Below are positions 25,779 through 39,470 of a DNA stretch of 64,000 nucleotides, in pieces. The notes beneath the pieces were generated by a model. It was not told where the DNA came from and did not search any database. It saw nothing but the letters and a program-made list of their open reading frames with translations. Each line of letters opens with the position of its first letter. Position 1 is the stretch's first letter. A program made the translations under genes and the position numbers. Source of the stretch: Octopus sinensis (taxonomy: Eukaryota). The stretch spans positions 73,284,001 through 73,348,000 of the forward strand of contig NC_042998.1 of NCBI RefSeq assembly GCF_006345805.1, given 5' to 3'.

Positions 25779-27129
25779 CTGTAAATTAATTTTGAGTGAT
25801 GCTAGTCAGAATATTTACTTATTAATAATTGTTATTTGATATAAGAAACTTATGATATTTATTTTACTGCTCTGGACTGTTTGAATCAGCTCTGCTGATT
25901 ACTTCTGTAGTTCCTCCGGGATTTGAGAGATTGACGGGGTTAACATTTGCGAGCTGAGAAGTGCTGGCGAACCATGTATAGGGGAGGGGTTACAGACGAC
26001 TGAACGTCTGAGTAGGGGTAAAAAATGGGAAGAATGTATAGGGAGAGACCTAGGGTTTGCGTCAGTATGAAAGATGACCGGAGAGGCTGTTTAACTGGAA
26101 TCGTCTAAAGATGAGAGTTGTTTGCTTTAATGAGCAGAGGCCACTAAAATTTCGGGTGAAATGTAGAATGAGGAAATAACATGTCAGAGATTGGCCAAGA
26201 ATGGATCTACAATTCTATTGCTTGATTTGCTCGGAATAACTGTCAATTACCTTTAAATTACATATTTTAGGCTTCGATGAAGCATCAGTGAATGATATTA
26301 TGCCATTGGAGTAGTTATTTCTTTCAGGCCTTTCTAAACGTAAATCCTAAAACGCAAGAAAAAGACATTTTAAGACCAACAAAGAAATATTGTTATACGC
26401 ATAATTATATTTAAAAACATAGCAGTAGAGATTTTAAAAAATTTTCATTTTACTATTGATCGCTTTCAAAATCACGTACTACAGCCAAAAAGAACTCAAC
26501 AATAGAATTTTAAGCATATTTTTATAACAAATATAAATGAAATTTATGTGAATTCATATTTCTCTTTTAAAGAAAGTTTTCAAAATTGATAAGTTTTTTC
26601 TTCATTCAAAGGCTCTCTACTTTCAATTCAACGCAAAATATAATTTTTAAAACATAACCTGAAATTTATGGATATCTATTTTATATATTTGCCACATAAA
26701 ATTTGTTGAAATGTATTGTTCTCTCTCAATATTTTCAAACTATGTTAATGAGACATATATAATAGCAAAGACACACAATCGCTGACACCACACATTCGTT
26801 GAAAAATTTTCACCTATTCCTAATTTAATATGAAACAGTTTGGATTCCTGTCAAGAATAAATGTGATAGGCTAATTATAGATGTGATAGGGATAGTGATT
26901 GGTCTTTCATCAACGAAATTGACACAAAGAAATTGAAGCGAAAATTCACTCATATGACTATGTGATGATCCTATGAGAAAATGACGATACATGCATAGTT
27001 GTTATGACTTTTCACTGTATATATACATGTATACACACACCCTGTATGTGTGTGTATACTTGCGCGCGTGTATGTATTTATGTATGTTTGTGTGTGTACG
27101 TGTATGTAAGTATTCATGTGTACATAAAT

Positions 27130-27270
27130 GTACATGCTTTATTAGATTAACGCTCAGTGAAAGATGAAACAAAATGTGAAATTGACGTTTCGTGTTTAAA
27201 CTCTTCTTCAGAAAATTAAATGGGTAGAAGAGAAAGGACAGATAAACGAGAATAACGCAAAATATAAATC
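27130..27270 (-). mobile_element. diverged relative of the ~190-bp repeat with hammerhead motif and GUC site
   Basis: Minus 27211-27184: CTGAAGA-A-GAG tttaaa CAC-GAAAC-GTC. Flank aacgctcagtgaaag matches gacgctcag/gacgctccggaaag of the other copies. Confidence 0.6.
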
Positions 27271-29703
27271 ATTATGTTTCATGTTGAAATCAGAATAGTA
27301 TGAAAGTTTATTTTAGATATCAATAATACATAAAATATTTCCCTTTAAACATTACTATAATATCCCAGAAAGACATGTACTGGAAAATGTTGAGATGTTG
27401 TTATTGAGAAGTTCTTTGAGATATTAGAATTTTAACGAAAGAAATTCTCTTAATACTATTAAGTATTATTGCAAAGCGATAATACTGAAGTGATAAATAT
27501 TCTTGGGCTACGTCCTAGACTACTTTAACGATTTTCAATGTATGAAGTAGAATTTCCCTCCATCAAATACTAGTAATTGTTTTCCTTTCAAATTATGCTG
27601 AGTAGCTGAGTAATAAAATGAAATATATTTGTCTTTGATTAGTTTACATCAGATATTCAATGCACAGTGTTCCTCCTAACATTATATGGCAGTGATAACA
27701 CAATAAGTAGAACAGAATTAACCACTCCGTCTCCATTTTTCTATCAATTCGTCATTTGTGAGATTTCAAGTTGTTACGACCTTCTGCGGTTTTTCAGGCC
27801 AAAACTCATCAAAACTTTCCACCTTTAGAGGCGAAACATTTAAATATCCAATGTGAATCGATTTCTACGTATATTCAATGCTTCGTATTGAGATACATGG
27901 TTATATGAAAGCAATTTATTTATTTTTTCGTAATTTTATTAGAGAAGAGTATCACGTAAAATCATTAATGTACATAACCAAAACATCTCACAGTCTCGAA
28001 AGCTTACTTTCCATTATACTACACTTTCGTAACATTTATAGTGATTTATGACATAAGTTCGTAGCCTCTGACATTTGGTGTAAAGAGAATTAGATTGTGG
28101 AACGGGTAATCTAAATTCGTGTGAAACGAAAAAGCTACTGAAATCAAAACATAGTCACGGACTCGGCTCAACATGAGCATATATTGTCGCCGTATGTTCG
28201 ACCATACTTACTGAAATGAATACCGTATTTATTGTACCGAATTAACCTTTTACTTATTTTCTTCTGTTTATGAAAAGAATTACTCTTAAGGTGATTACCT
28301 CAAATATTTCACATTGCTTTGATCTTGAGTTGTCTTGATTTCATGTTGTAATGTCTCGGAAGTCTTTACCTATTAATTCTCTTCTGCGTCATGTAGAGAA
28401 ACCGATTTAAAAGGTTTGGTTATTTCTAACATGGTCATTTAGAAATGTTCCCAAGAATCAATGAAACTGGTTGAAATATTGAATTTTTATTTACACAGTG
28501 CGTGTTTACTATCTAATTAATTTCCCATCCTTTTTCTATAAGATAACTATAAACCAAGATACTTCAAATTAAAAGATTTAACACAACTACAGTCAAATAT
28601 TATCGCTACAAAAACGTGAATTTTTACAATACAGGAGTAGGTAGGACAATTTAGAACACAGATCATTTTATTCATATATTTTCAAATGTAGATGACAGGA
28701 GAGCTATTGTGTCTTTACTCTCAACTGCATTAATATTTAGAAACAACAATATGACAGAATTAATTTTATATCAATCTCTACGTGCACTTTGCGAGATTTC
28801 GTCTTAAAATAATATTTTCTCAACGTCAGCCTTCAAAGTAGCTCTCAGTCAAAAAATGGCAGGAATTGATTGGTTTCAAATTCCATTGTTCGATGCTAAA
28901 AGCGACAAACATTGCGGTTCTAAAAGCAAACTAAAAACTTTGTAAAATATCATTGACCTGATATCGAACACAAAATAAATCCCCTCACTATTTTTACACG
29001 TATAGTTTATGCAGTATATTCTATATATGTTTTTATAACGTTCAGTGTCTGAACCCTGCGTATATCGAAGAAGTGAAATCAATATCTTTTATACTGAATT
29101 ATTTTCTACTAACATGAAATGGTATTGTGACGTATATATTATACAAAGATGTTCAAACATTATAAAAAGGCCAACAAAGTTTGCAATGTAATCACTTCCA
29201 GCGAATAACAACAAAAGCAAGGGAAAATGTCAAAATAATAAGTTTCTTGAAGAAATTTTTACATTTCTGAGTAGTTTAAAGCTAAAAGTTAGAAGAGGGT
29301 TTCGACTTACGGAATTGATTCAAGTTTTAAGGTTTATTTTTAAGCTTTAAATAAGTATTTCTCTCTCCTGAGAAAAAATAATAATCGGCTCTGTTGTACA
29401 GTAGCTGCATAAAATGGAATCCGTTGAATTAGAAAACGAATTCAGTTTTTGGCAGTATCTGAACACGAAGAATTTGCAACCAATGGTTCTAAGTCACTTA
29501 ACACTGAGTAAGCCATATAACTCTGCGTAAGCCACTTGATACTACTGTGCTCTATTGTTCATTCCGCTTCGCTTCACTCATTAATAATACTGATAAATAA
29601 TTGCAGAGAATATAATTAAAGTCAATAGAAACTTCTATTAATTAATCATTTGTTTAATTTTCCTCTCTATGGACGATTAAGCATTCTGGCAGAAAGACGT
29701 TTT

Positions 29704-29795
<92 letters not shown>

Positions 29796-30362
29796 TGGGA
29801 CAGAGACAGAGACAGGGGAGGGATACCCTCTTCTAAAAAGCTTAATTAACCGCAGAAATGAAAATTAAACAAATGAACTCTTACATCCAACAAAGCTACA
29901 ACCGACGATGATGTATAACTTGTACACGGTCACTCGCCCAAACACATACATGTACACAAACCCGTGCGCGTGTGTGTGTGTATGTATATGTGTGTGTTTG
30001 TGTAATGTGTTTGCATGTAAAGTGTGGTGAAAAATATTGACGCACACACTTAGCCGCTATTGTCTGTATTTTACCGCTTTCTCATGTAATGGAAGATAAT
30101 ATTTAAATCTATTATATAATACATATTCAATGCTGCAGTCAAACACACACATACACAACAAAAGATGTTCAATAATTCAATATTTCCTGATAATTCCCAC
30201 TATCCAAACTTGCCAGTGTGATGACAGCTTCACACACTATTGGCATTTAGTCAACCAGTTTACAAGAAAATTGGGAATTGTTCCTAAACAGTGCTGAAGT
30301 AGATTCCAGACGTTTTAATCACACGATAATTGCATTTGCCTTATTCCTTTATTAAGATTAAA

Positions 30363-30403
<41 letters not shown>

Positions 30404-31301
30404 TCTCTTCGTTATAAGTAAATTTTGAATATGATAGTCACCCTATCATAATAGTCTTTGAAGATCCTTCTATTATAATGATGCAGCTGACACCCAGCTG
30501 AACTTCTGTTGTTGAATATCAGGAGTAAAACTATAATCATATGAATATTTGCTCAAATATGAACTCCATATATAAAACAAAGTAAAATTTCAGAAGCAGA
30601 CAGCGCAAGTATTGAACTGGACAATATTTTGAACAGATAGTAGTAATGTTAAAATAGGTTGTCTACGTAAGAGTTATTGGTGGTCCTAAATTGGACCACC
30701 AATATGTAAGTGATTGTTGTAGCCTTATACTGGACTGTGCACAGAATATTTATTACACATGGCAGTTTATAAAGAAGATAATTGTGCTGTTAAACTGACC
30801 AGTAAATGGAACTGGTAGTTGTGGTGTTAAGCTAGGTAATGTACGGGACAGATATTACTGGTGCTAAACCACGATGTGTATGCAGATGTCAGGTACTCTC
30901 TCCGTCTCCCGCTCCCTCTCTCTTCTTATCGAAATAGATCTTCATTTGTTAGTATTTTGGGGGTTCATTTTACTGCAAGGTTATCCTATCCATCACAAAA
31001 AGGAAATGAAAGGATACGTTTCTTCTTTTCACTTATATTGTACGTTTTGACCTGATGGAGGACAAGTTCGCTTTGCAACGGTGTGATTTTAATTCTGTTC
31101 CCACTGCGCAGTACTTTAGGTAAATATCGTCTAGCATTAAACTAATAAGTGAAATTATTTTACATGAAGCCTATGAGGAATTCTGTCACTGAATATCATA
31201 AGTGTCAGATTTAATCCGTCACACTGCTATCTACATTGCCTGAATTCGCACAAAGACTCTGGGCTGAAGATAACTTCCTCACTTCGTCTCACCAATTATC
31301 T

Positions 31302-31604
31302 GAGATCCCCTTCGGTCACGACACAGGCCATGGGATTGCACCTAGAAAGTTACCCTCCCAGGCACAACTCTGTGCAAGGTTGTTTATGGAAGACCAGCAG
31401 TCGCCTATACATACCGGCCTCCCCTCTCCACGCCACCAGTGTTATCCAAGGGAAAGGCAAAGGCCGATACAGCTTGGCGCCTGTGACGTCGCAACTCATT
31501 TCTACAGCTGAGTGAACTGGAGCAACGTGAAATAAAGTGTCTTGCTCAAGAACACAACACGCAGCCCGGTCGAACTCTCTAACCACTGAGCCATGCGACT
31601 TCAC
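31302..31604 (-). mobile_element. tRNA-derived SINE, family E
   Basis: Minus begins gtgaagtcgcatggctcagtggttagag (A-box-like), then cttgagcaagacactttatttcacgttgctccagttcactcagctg, shared with the 52904 copy. Confidence 0.85.
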
Positions 31605-32927
31605 CAATTAGAGATACCATAAAATGCTATGGATACTGCTATTCTTCCCGTATCTAACCCCGATAGAAAATTAAAATAAAAGGCTCATTGCTATACCTAC
31701 AGGATTTTATTAACTCGTCTTAGAAAAATAAATGTTTTAATTATATCGGAATATATGTTCCAATGTGTATTTAGTTAGTGATATATTGTAATGCATAGTG
31801 TCAATACGATTAGATTTAAGCTTCATATCTATTAAAGGAAACACCTCATAATTTATAAACAATAATAGAATAAGATGTAGATTGAGATTAAATTTGAGCT
31901 CTGCACAAATCACAACATATATTCTAAAGAGACTAGCGATTGTGTTGATAAAAAGATTAGCATTTGCCTTTTTTATTTCGTTTATTTTAGTTTAAGTACG
32001 AATGGAGAAAATATCATTCATTGGTTAACTGATATAAGGACATCTAGCTTGGGGCAACAGAGCTCTAACGAGTGTTTAACAGGGGAATAGATAAGGGTCA
32101 TGAATTGATGGCAAATCAACCGTTTGTGTTTTCAAATCGAACTAAATAGCTTGGGGAGTCAAATGATTCACAAAGTTCTTCCAAACATAAAAGTAAATAA
32201 TACTGATAACATATTAAAACTTTTTAATTGAATTGTTTCGCAACATTTCAAGAAGCAAAGCTTGGTTGCACCGTTTCCAAATATACACATACCAAAACCA
32301 AAAAAAAAAAAAAAAAGAAATATTGCTGATTTTAATCTGTTTTGCTCTAAGTTTATTTCCATGTAAATAAAAGAAAAAAATCTATCGTGACTGTATTCTA
32401 GATTACTTTAAATGTGGCAGTTAAAGACGCATAAGAAATTCATTTTTAATTACGTTTATCCTATTAGATTGATAGCTTTAAATAGCGTTCAATCTCTTAA
32501 ATATACCTTATATATTTGAATGTGCCAGATATAAATTTATTTTCTATTTTTCACTTGGATAACCTTCAATTATTAATCTCTGGTTTATCATTTAGAGATT
32601 ATATTGCTAAATCAATGAATTCGGTTCTTTTATATTTACAGTAAATTGAACGAGCTCTTGATAGTTTCCGAACCGCTTTATATACCTCTCAACATTCGTA
32701 TTCACATACGCCTCCGCTTACACATACACACACACGTGCGTACAAATGCATACGTATCTATACACACACACATTTATATATATATATATAAAGTATGCTC
32801 ATATACTTACAAATATGATATATAATATATATGTATATATATGTAAAATAATATGTGACAATTATTCGGTAGCCAAGATAAAACTCTGAGTTTCGGATGC
32901 CGAGGTGGAAATCCACAGCACCATGTC

Positions 32928-33649
32928 TTGGAAGATTTGGTGGAGAAGGCGACTGTAGGAGACATAATCTTGAGAGTGCGGGTGGAGAGCAGAATCCCTC
33001 ACTGTTTTAAATATTGCCAAAAGAGCCACATTAGAGCACATTGCCCTTCGCAGAAGCATAGTCAGGAAAAAGTGGATAAAGAGCCGGAGAAGAAGCAAGA
33101 GGAGGTACAGATGATAGAAAGAAAAACGGAAGAATTATGGACAGTAGCAGAGGGAAGAAGTAAAAAAAGGAAGAAAGGGCAGTATGATGTGGAACCCCAA
33201 GCCATTCCCACCTCATAACCTTTCAGACCTACCCTCTCCCTAGAGACACCAAACCCATCAATTCCCTTCCTTCGCAATGTAAAACAAATGAGAGAGAAAC
33301 AGACACCACACGATACAGAAAATCCCATCCCAGTGAAAATAGCTATGTATGTGTGTTAACAGAAGATGTAGACGAGGAACTAATAAATGAGGTAACAAGG
33401 TGGAAGACAGCAACATTTGTGAATGTGGAGGGATATACTAATGTTGTGGGCTGGCACACGTGTGTGCTGGTGTCTCAGAGCCAGAAGGAAGTGATTGCAA
33501 AATATAAAAAAGCTTATAAGTATTGGAAGATTGATGCGAACCTGAAAAGGATATCGGTAAAAGTAGGATATGAGGTACTCAGAGAAATAGCCGTATTGGA
33601 CATTTTGAAGGACTCGGGATTTCAGAAGGAAGTAAGTGTTGCTGCTTGA
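32928..33649 (+). mobile_element. decayed LINE ORF1 (gag-like) fragment with CCHC zinc knuckle
   Basis: RVRVESRIPH-CFKYCQKSHIRAHC = CX2[C>Y]X4HX4C, followed by a charged low-complexity region and a second 98-aa frame. Confidence 0.65.
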
Positions 33650-33799
33650 GGTGGGGCAAGCGCTCATTTTCATGTTTCGTTTTCATGGATCATTCATGTT
33701 ACCATATTTTTAATTTTATTTTTAACTTTATTTTTTTCGTGTTATGTGTCCCCACATGTTTTTTTTATTGTCCCCTCTATGTCGGCCCCTTCCGGTGAT

Positions 33800-34928
33800 T
33801 AAAAAGTAACTTATTGTTAGTGCAAATTCTGAAGAGTGCAGTTCGATATTGACAATTATTTTTTCAAAGCTATAATGGAAGTGACAAAGGAGCATATTCG
33901 GCATATTTTGCTTTATGTGTTCGAGAAAAGCAACGATGCAATAGAAACGGCGAGGAATAGTAATGCAGTACATAGGGATCGGACAATAAACGTAAGCCAG
34001 TGTCAGCAGTGGTTACAGAAATTCCGAGCCAGAAACTACAGCCTAGAAGCCGAACCTGTCCTGGAAGATCTGTAGAGCTCGACGAGGACGTCCCTGGTGG
34101 CACAAAATGTGGTGGAACAAAATCCCATCCTAACTAGTGATGAACTAGGAGAGAAGCTTGGATTTGGAACATTGAGTTCCTCACAAACTTTCAGAGTCTA
34201 ATTGTGCGCAGAGAGGGAATGTGTGTTCTTCTTTGCTATCACGTCTCACGAATGAACCATTTTGGGACAGAATAGTGACTGGTGACGAGAAATAGGTTCT
34301 CTATAAACATTTCACGACTGTGGGTATGGAAAAGAGAAACATCGACACTCCAGGCTAAAGAAGGTCTTCTCCCACGTAAGATGTTGTTATCTGTTTGGTG
34401 GGATATGAAAGGTTTAGTCCACTTTGAACTTTTAAACTCAAACCAAACGATAACAAAGGAAATCTGCTGCAAGCAGCTTGAGCGGCTTAAGTAAGCGCTA
34501 GAAGAAAAATGACCATCTTTGGCTTCAAGACGAATGGTGTTCTTCCATCAGGATAATGCTCGGCCATATACAACGAGGATGACATTCCAAACAGGAACAG
34601 TTTGAATGGGATGCGATGCCCCACCCACCATATCTCGGACATTGCCCCATCTAATTATCATTTATTCTCAGTCTTCAAAATCATTTCGACGGAAAAAAAT
34701 ATGAATTCTGTAGACAAGAGCAGAATAGTAATGGAGGTGTATTTTTCGTCACGAACAAGCAAATTTTTGGAAGTGGGAGTCCTTGAAAGTCTACCAGATA
34801 GATGGAAGAACATTATATAGAATGAAGGAGAGTATATTTTAGATAAAAAAAAAAGAACTTTGTTTATACTCATTTTGAAAAATAGAAGCAGTATAAAAAA
34901 AACGGATTTTTTATGGGATGTCGCATCC
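33800..34928 (+). mobile_element. decayed mariner transposon, left TIR missing
   Basis: MEVTKEHIRHILLY..CQQWLQKFR, WDRIVTGDEK*, SVWWDMKGLVHFELL, HQDNARP, DIAPSNYHLF (third D>N). Right TIR-like aaaaaacggattttttatgggatg. Confidence 0.9.
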
Positions 34929-35061
34929 ATCTTATAAATAACAAAACGCATATTCATTCTATCTCTCTATATATATATGATAAAATATACATATACATAC
35001 ATAAATATACACACATTCACACGCACACACACATACACACACACACACATACACACACACA

Positions 35062-35137
<76 letters not shown>

Positions 35138-37369
35138 ATATAATATAGTATAATATAATATTATATTATATCTTCCACATTGCTATTCCCTTACTTTCAA
35201 CAATATCTTTTCCGTTACACTCAACTGTTCTCACCAACTTACATGAAGACGTTCATACAGCCACCTAATGATATTACACACACACACTACTCTTCTTTTA
35301 TGCCCATTTCCAGACAATGACTCACATTTACATTTGCAGCTATCTACATACGCACCCTCCCTTCCCATTTTTAACTAACCCCAAAGCAACATCATTCCCA
35401 GCTGATATCTAGCACTTAGCCGATATTTTCTCTCGGACTGATTATTTTTCGTTCTTCTCACGAAAAGTTTTCCTAAAATTTTTTGAAAAATAACAACGGA
35501 GCATTTATTGACGTGATGGCTCATACCAAGTGTAGATTAAATTCTATTAAATTTATTCTTTATTATTAATTATGTACCGTTTGAGGAAATTTGATATCCC
35601 AGTCGACTGTAATTTTACAATAGCTTCTGGGTGTCTATATATTCTCCAATGTACATATGCAAGTGTTTGTTGTGCTCTGTGCGTCTACAAGTAGGGAATA
35701 ACAGGTTATATATAGAGGCAATATTAATGTGTTTCAAGCGTAAGGTAATCGAAGTTCAATAACTGTCCAGGTCATCTTTAATTTGTCCCATTCGAGGTTG
35801 ACAAAAATGCATTAGTGCTCTACTAAAACTATTTTTCTTTCTATCTGCTACCGGACAGTATCGTCTGTGTTCAAACTCAGGCATGGACTAGTTATTAGGC
35901 TAGTTTTAAAAGTGCCTAGGACGCAACTCCCCGACTATTCCAACAGAAGTTTAGATTCGAAGACAAGGCAAGGCACGGCATACAAAATGTGTCATGTATT
36001 GTACCACAAAATATAATTTACCAGTTCCATTTCTAGGTCATCATTGTCGTAGAGATTAGGAGGATTTTATTAGCAGTGTTAACCATGCAATGGGGAGGTA
36101 GTTTCAAGGTACCGATGTTTTTTTGAATGGTGGATTGTCATGTCTCATACATCTTGTAATTATAAAACTTGAGTTACGCACGCACATCCAAAGGATACGC
36201 TGTAGCACGAAGAAAATATATAGGTGGTCAAACTGCTGTCGGTTGGTTATCTATATCCAAAAGACAGTTGGGATTATAGCAGATAATATCAGACAAATGT
36301 GTCGACAGATTCCGTGCACGGTTGACCTGATGCAGGATAGAACCAAAAAACTATAAGATGAAGAATTATAGGTCCTCATTATATGTATTCATTTCTATTT
36401 GAATGCCATCTACAATCATTTATGATGCAAAAAGTGGTGAAAGAGTCAGTTATTTAATTGAGACTGGATCACCTCAGCAAGGTTTCATAAGGAGCAAAAT
36501 TCTGACGTTGTTTATCAGGACATATTAAATCTTAAACCAAAGTATCGATTTCCACGTTGTATCGTCTTATTGTTCTATATGTATTATATGTTTTAACGTG
36601 TATATCAAAGGCATGAGAATCCGTCCGCTTGTGTGTGTAGAGGTATATGTGTGTGTGTGTGTCCTCGCTACCTTGTGCTCCTTTTTCCGCTGAGTTATTC
36701 AGTATTATATTAAACCTAAAAGCATTGCAACATAATGCAAAAGAACTCATCAGAGCAAAAAGTAATCACTATTCGCAACGAAACGAATGGCAGATACATA
36801 TTATTAAATAATGAAATTCTATAATATATACTGAATAATCATTCATTTATGATTTGTGAGGTAAGGATAATAAATGTATATTTCAGATATTACAGTTTTT
36901 CTCTAGATATTTATTCAGTTCCAATCCGAGAAAGCAACTGCATTATAAAAGAAGATCTTGTAATTCAAATGTAAAGTTATTTGACCAGCATTTAATGGCT
37001 TCGAATCCATAGTCACGTGGGATATCTGTATTGGGAATCATTACTTCGAAAGTTACAATCAGAGTTTTTATCATTAACTCCTTCTAAAAGCTGATGTAGC
37101 ATGTCTTATTTGTCTGTCATAAAATGTTGAATGATTTGAATAAGATGTCCAAAAGTCAGACAAACAAATTAATTGTTTTGTAAAAGTCAACTAAGGTATA
37201 GAAAATCATTTTCCGGAGACAGTTGATGAAGAATTCTCTGATTGCACCTTACTATAGAGGGAACCAGCTTTTTCAAACTTGCTTTTCACATATATGTATG
37301 GGTGTGATCTCTGAGTGGTGCACACTGAATAGACTCCTTTGTAAAATAGAGTTTTAAATTTTAATTCTC

Positions 37370-37412
37370 TATTTATTTGTTTATTTGTTTATTTATTCCT
37401 TTATTTATTTAT

Positions 37413-37461
<49 letters not shown>

Positions 37462-37660
37462 CAGTTATTGAAGCAAGCAGTTATTGGATTGAGAAGTGTT
37501 AAAGAAATTCTCAACAGATTACTTGGATGGTTGAAAAAGGAAACTGTCAATTATAGTAAAATGGAATTAAGATGTTTGAGGAAAGGAAATGTAAAGAAGA
37601 AGAAGAAGAAGAAGAAGAAGAAGAAGAAGAAGAAGAAGAAGAAGAAGAAGAAGAAGAAGA
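37370..37660. repeat. (TTTA)n/(TTAG)n and (AAG)n microsatellites
   Basis: Read directly. Confidence 0.95.
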
Positions 37661-38019
37661 ATTTAGATGGTAAAGTTTGGATAGTGAGAGTGATTAGAAT
37701 TGGTCATATCAAAGACAGAATTGTTCGAAACGATTAGATAGCTGTCTTGGGAATTGGTCGCTTTCACGTTTAAAGAAAGTGATTTAGTCATTTAGGTAAA
37801 ATCATTTAAAGGTAAAATTAAACTAGGATTGATATTTGTTCATTATGTATGTATATATACATGAGCGTATATATACATGAGTGTATAAATAAATAAGTGT
37901 GTGTATGTGTGTGTGTTCCTGTGTATTACTAAATAAATGAAGTGGTAGTGAATATTTAGCAATGCAAGTGGTTTTCCCAGTTTCAGCAAGTTTAGTTTTT
38001 TTGCTGTTTGTTTCTTCTT

Positions 38020-38250
38020 GAAGCATGGCTGGCTGATGAGGGCCGGCATCCCGGTTTCATTGGCGTACAGTTAAGCTTTCAGGTTCAGGAGGAAAGAGTG
38101 ATAGAAAGTTGTGGCGAAAAAGTCAGCAGAAGTTCACCATTACCTTCTGCCGGAACGGCGTGGAACTTTGGTGTTTCGCGCATAAACACACAAATCGCCC
38201 GGTCTGACTTTCGAACCCGTGACCCCTCGGCCGCGAGTTCGCTGCTCCAC
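38020..38250 (-). mobile_element. tRNA-derived SINE, family D (5'-eroded, internally deleted)
   Basis: Homologous to 46530-46825 (gagtgatagaaagttgtggcg...cgcccggtctga..ttcgaacccg). Confidence 0.85.
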
Positions 38251-38297
38251 AAGTTTAATTTTACGTACACACACATACCCGCACACACACACACACA

Positions 38298-38530
<233 letters not shown>

Positions 38531-38540
38531 GATATACATT

Positions 38541-38912
38541 GTGACTGTGTGGTAAAAGGCTTGCTTCCCAACCACCTGGTTCTTTACCCAACTGTTTTCT
38601 ACTATAGCTTCGGGCCGATCAAAGTCTTGGAAGTAGATTTGGTAGACGTAAACTGAAAGAGGCCCACTGTATATATACGTATGTGTGTTTGTGTATGTGT
38701 GTGTCTGTGTGTATGTATTTATGTGTGTATATGTTTGTGTCTCTTCACTACCTGCCATCGCTTCATAACCGATGCTACTATTTATATCCCCGTAACAGTT
38801 CGGCAAAATATATCGATAGAATAAGTACTAGGCTTATAAAGATTTCTTCCACTAAAACCCTTTAAGGCTGTGCTTCAGAATGGGCACCGTCAAATGAGTG
38901 AAGCAAGTAAAG
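38541..38912 (+). mobile_element. SINE A/B
   Basis: Head + internal GT/AT repeat + tail, as at 1199. Confidence 0.85.
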
Positions 38913-38926
38913 GAATAAGAGAAAGA

Positions 38927-38980
<54 letters not shown>

Positions 38981-39087
38981 AAACATGCATGCATATGTAT
39001 GTATCTATGTATGCATGTACATGCATTCTTATGCATATAAGTAAATAATAGTATATATATATATATATGTAGTTAGATAAATAGATT

Positions 39088-39184
<97 letters not shown>

Positions 39185-39281
39185 CAGACAGATAGAATAT
39201 ACTCATATGTGTAAATTGCTTATATAAACACATACATACAAATATATCTAGGTATGCATAATCGTTTCGTATGTATGTATG

Positions 39282-39315
<34 letters not shown>

Positions 39316-39354
39316 TGTATGTATGTATGTATGTGTGTATGTATGTATAATGTG

Positions 39355-39470
39355 CTATGATTTTCCCGTCTTTCAAATTTACCCTCAAGATATTGGCCAC
39401 ACGAATCTCTGGTAGAATTTATGCGCCGAATGTTCTAAGCAATAATATCGAACCCAGAACCACATTGTTA
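39355..39470 (-). mobile_element. degenerate SINE A head
   Basis: ttttcccgtctttcaaatttaccctcaag...gaacccagaaccac. Confidence 0.55.

Noticed and set aside
32882-32931. Minus-strand GAAAC-TCAGA-GTT with GGAT/ATCC stem
   Set aside because: The CUGANGA half of the hammerhead core is not recognisable in this copy.
35800-35960. Minus-strand CWNSRG resembling an L1-type endonuclease start
   Set aside because: A single short motif amid stops; insufficient.
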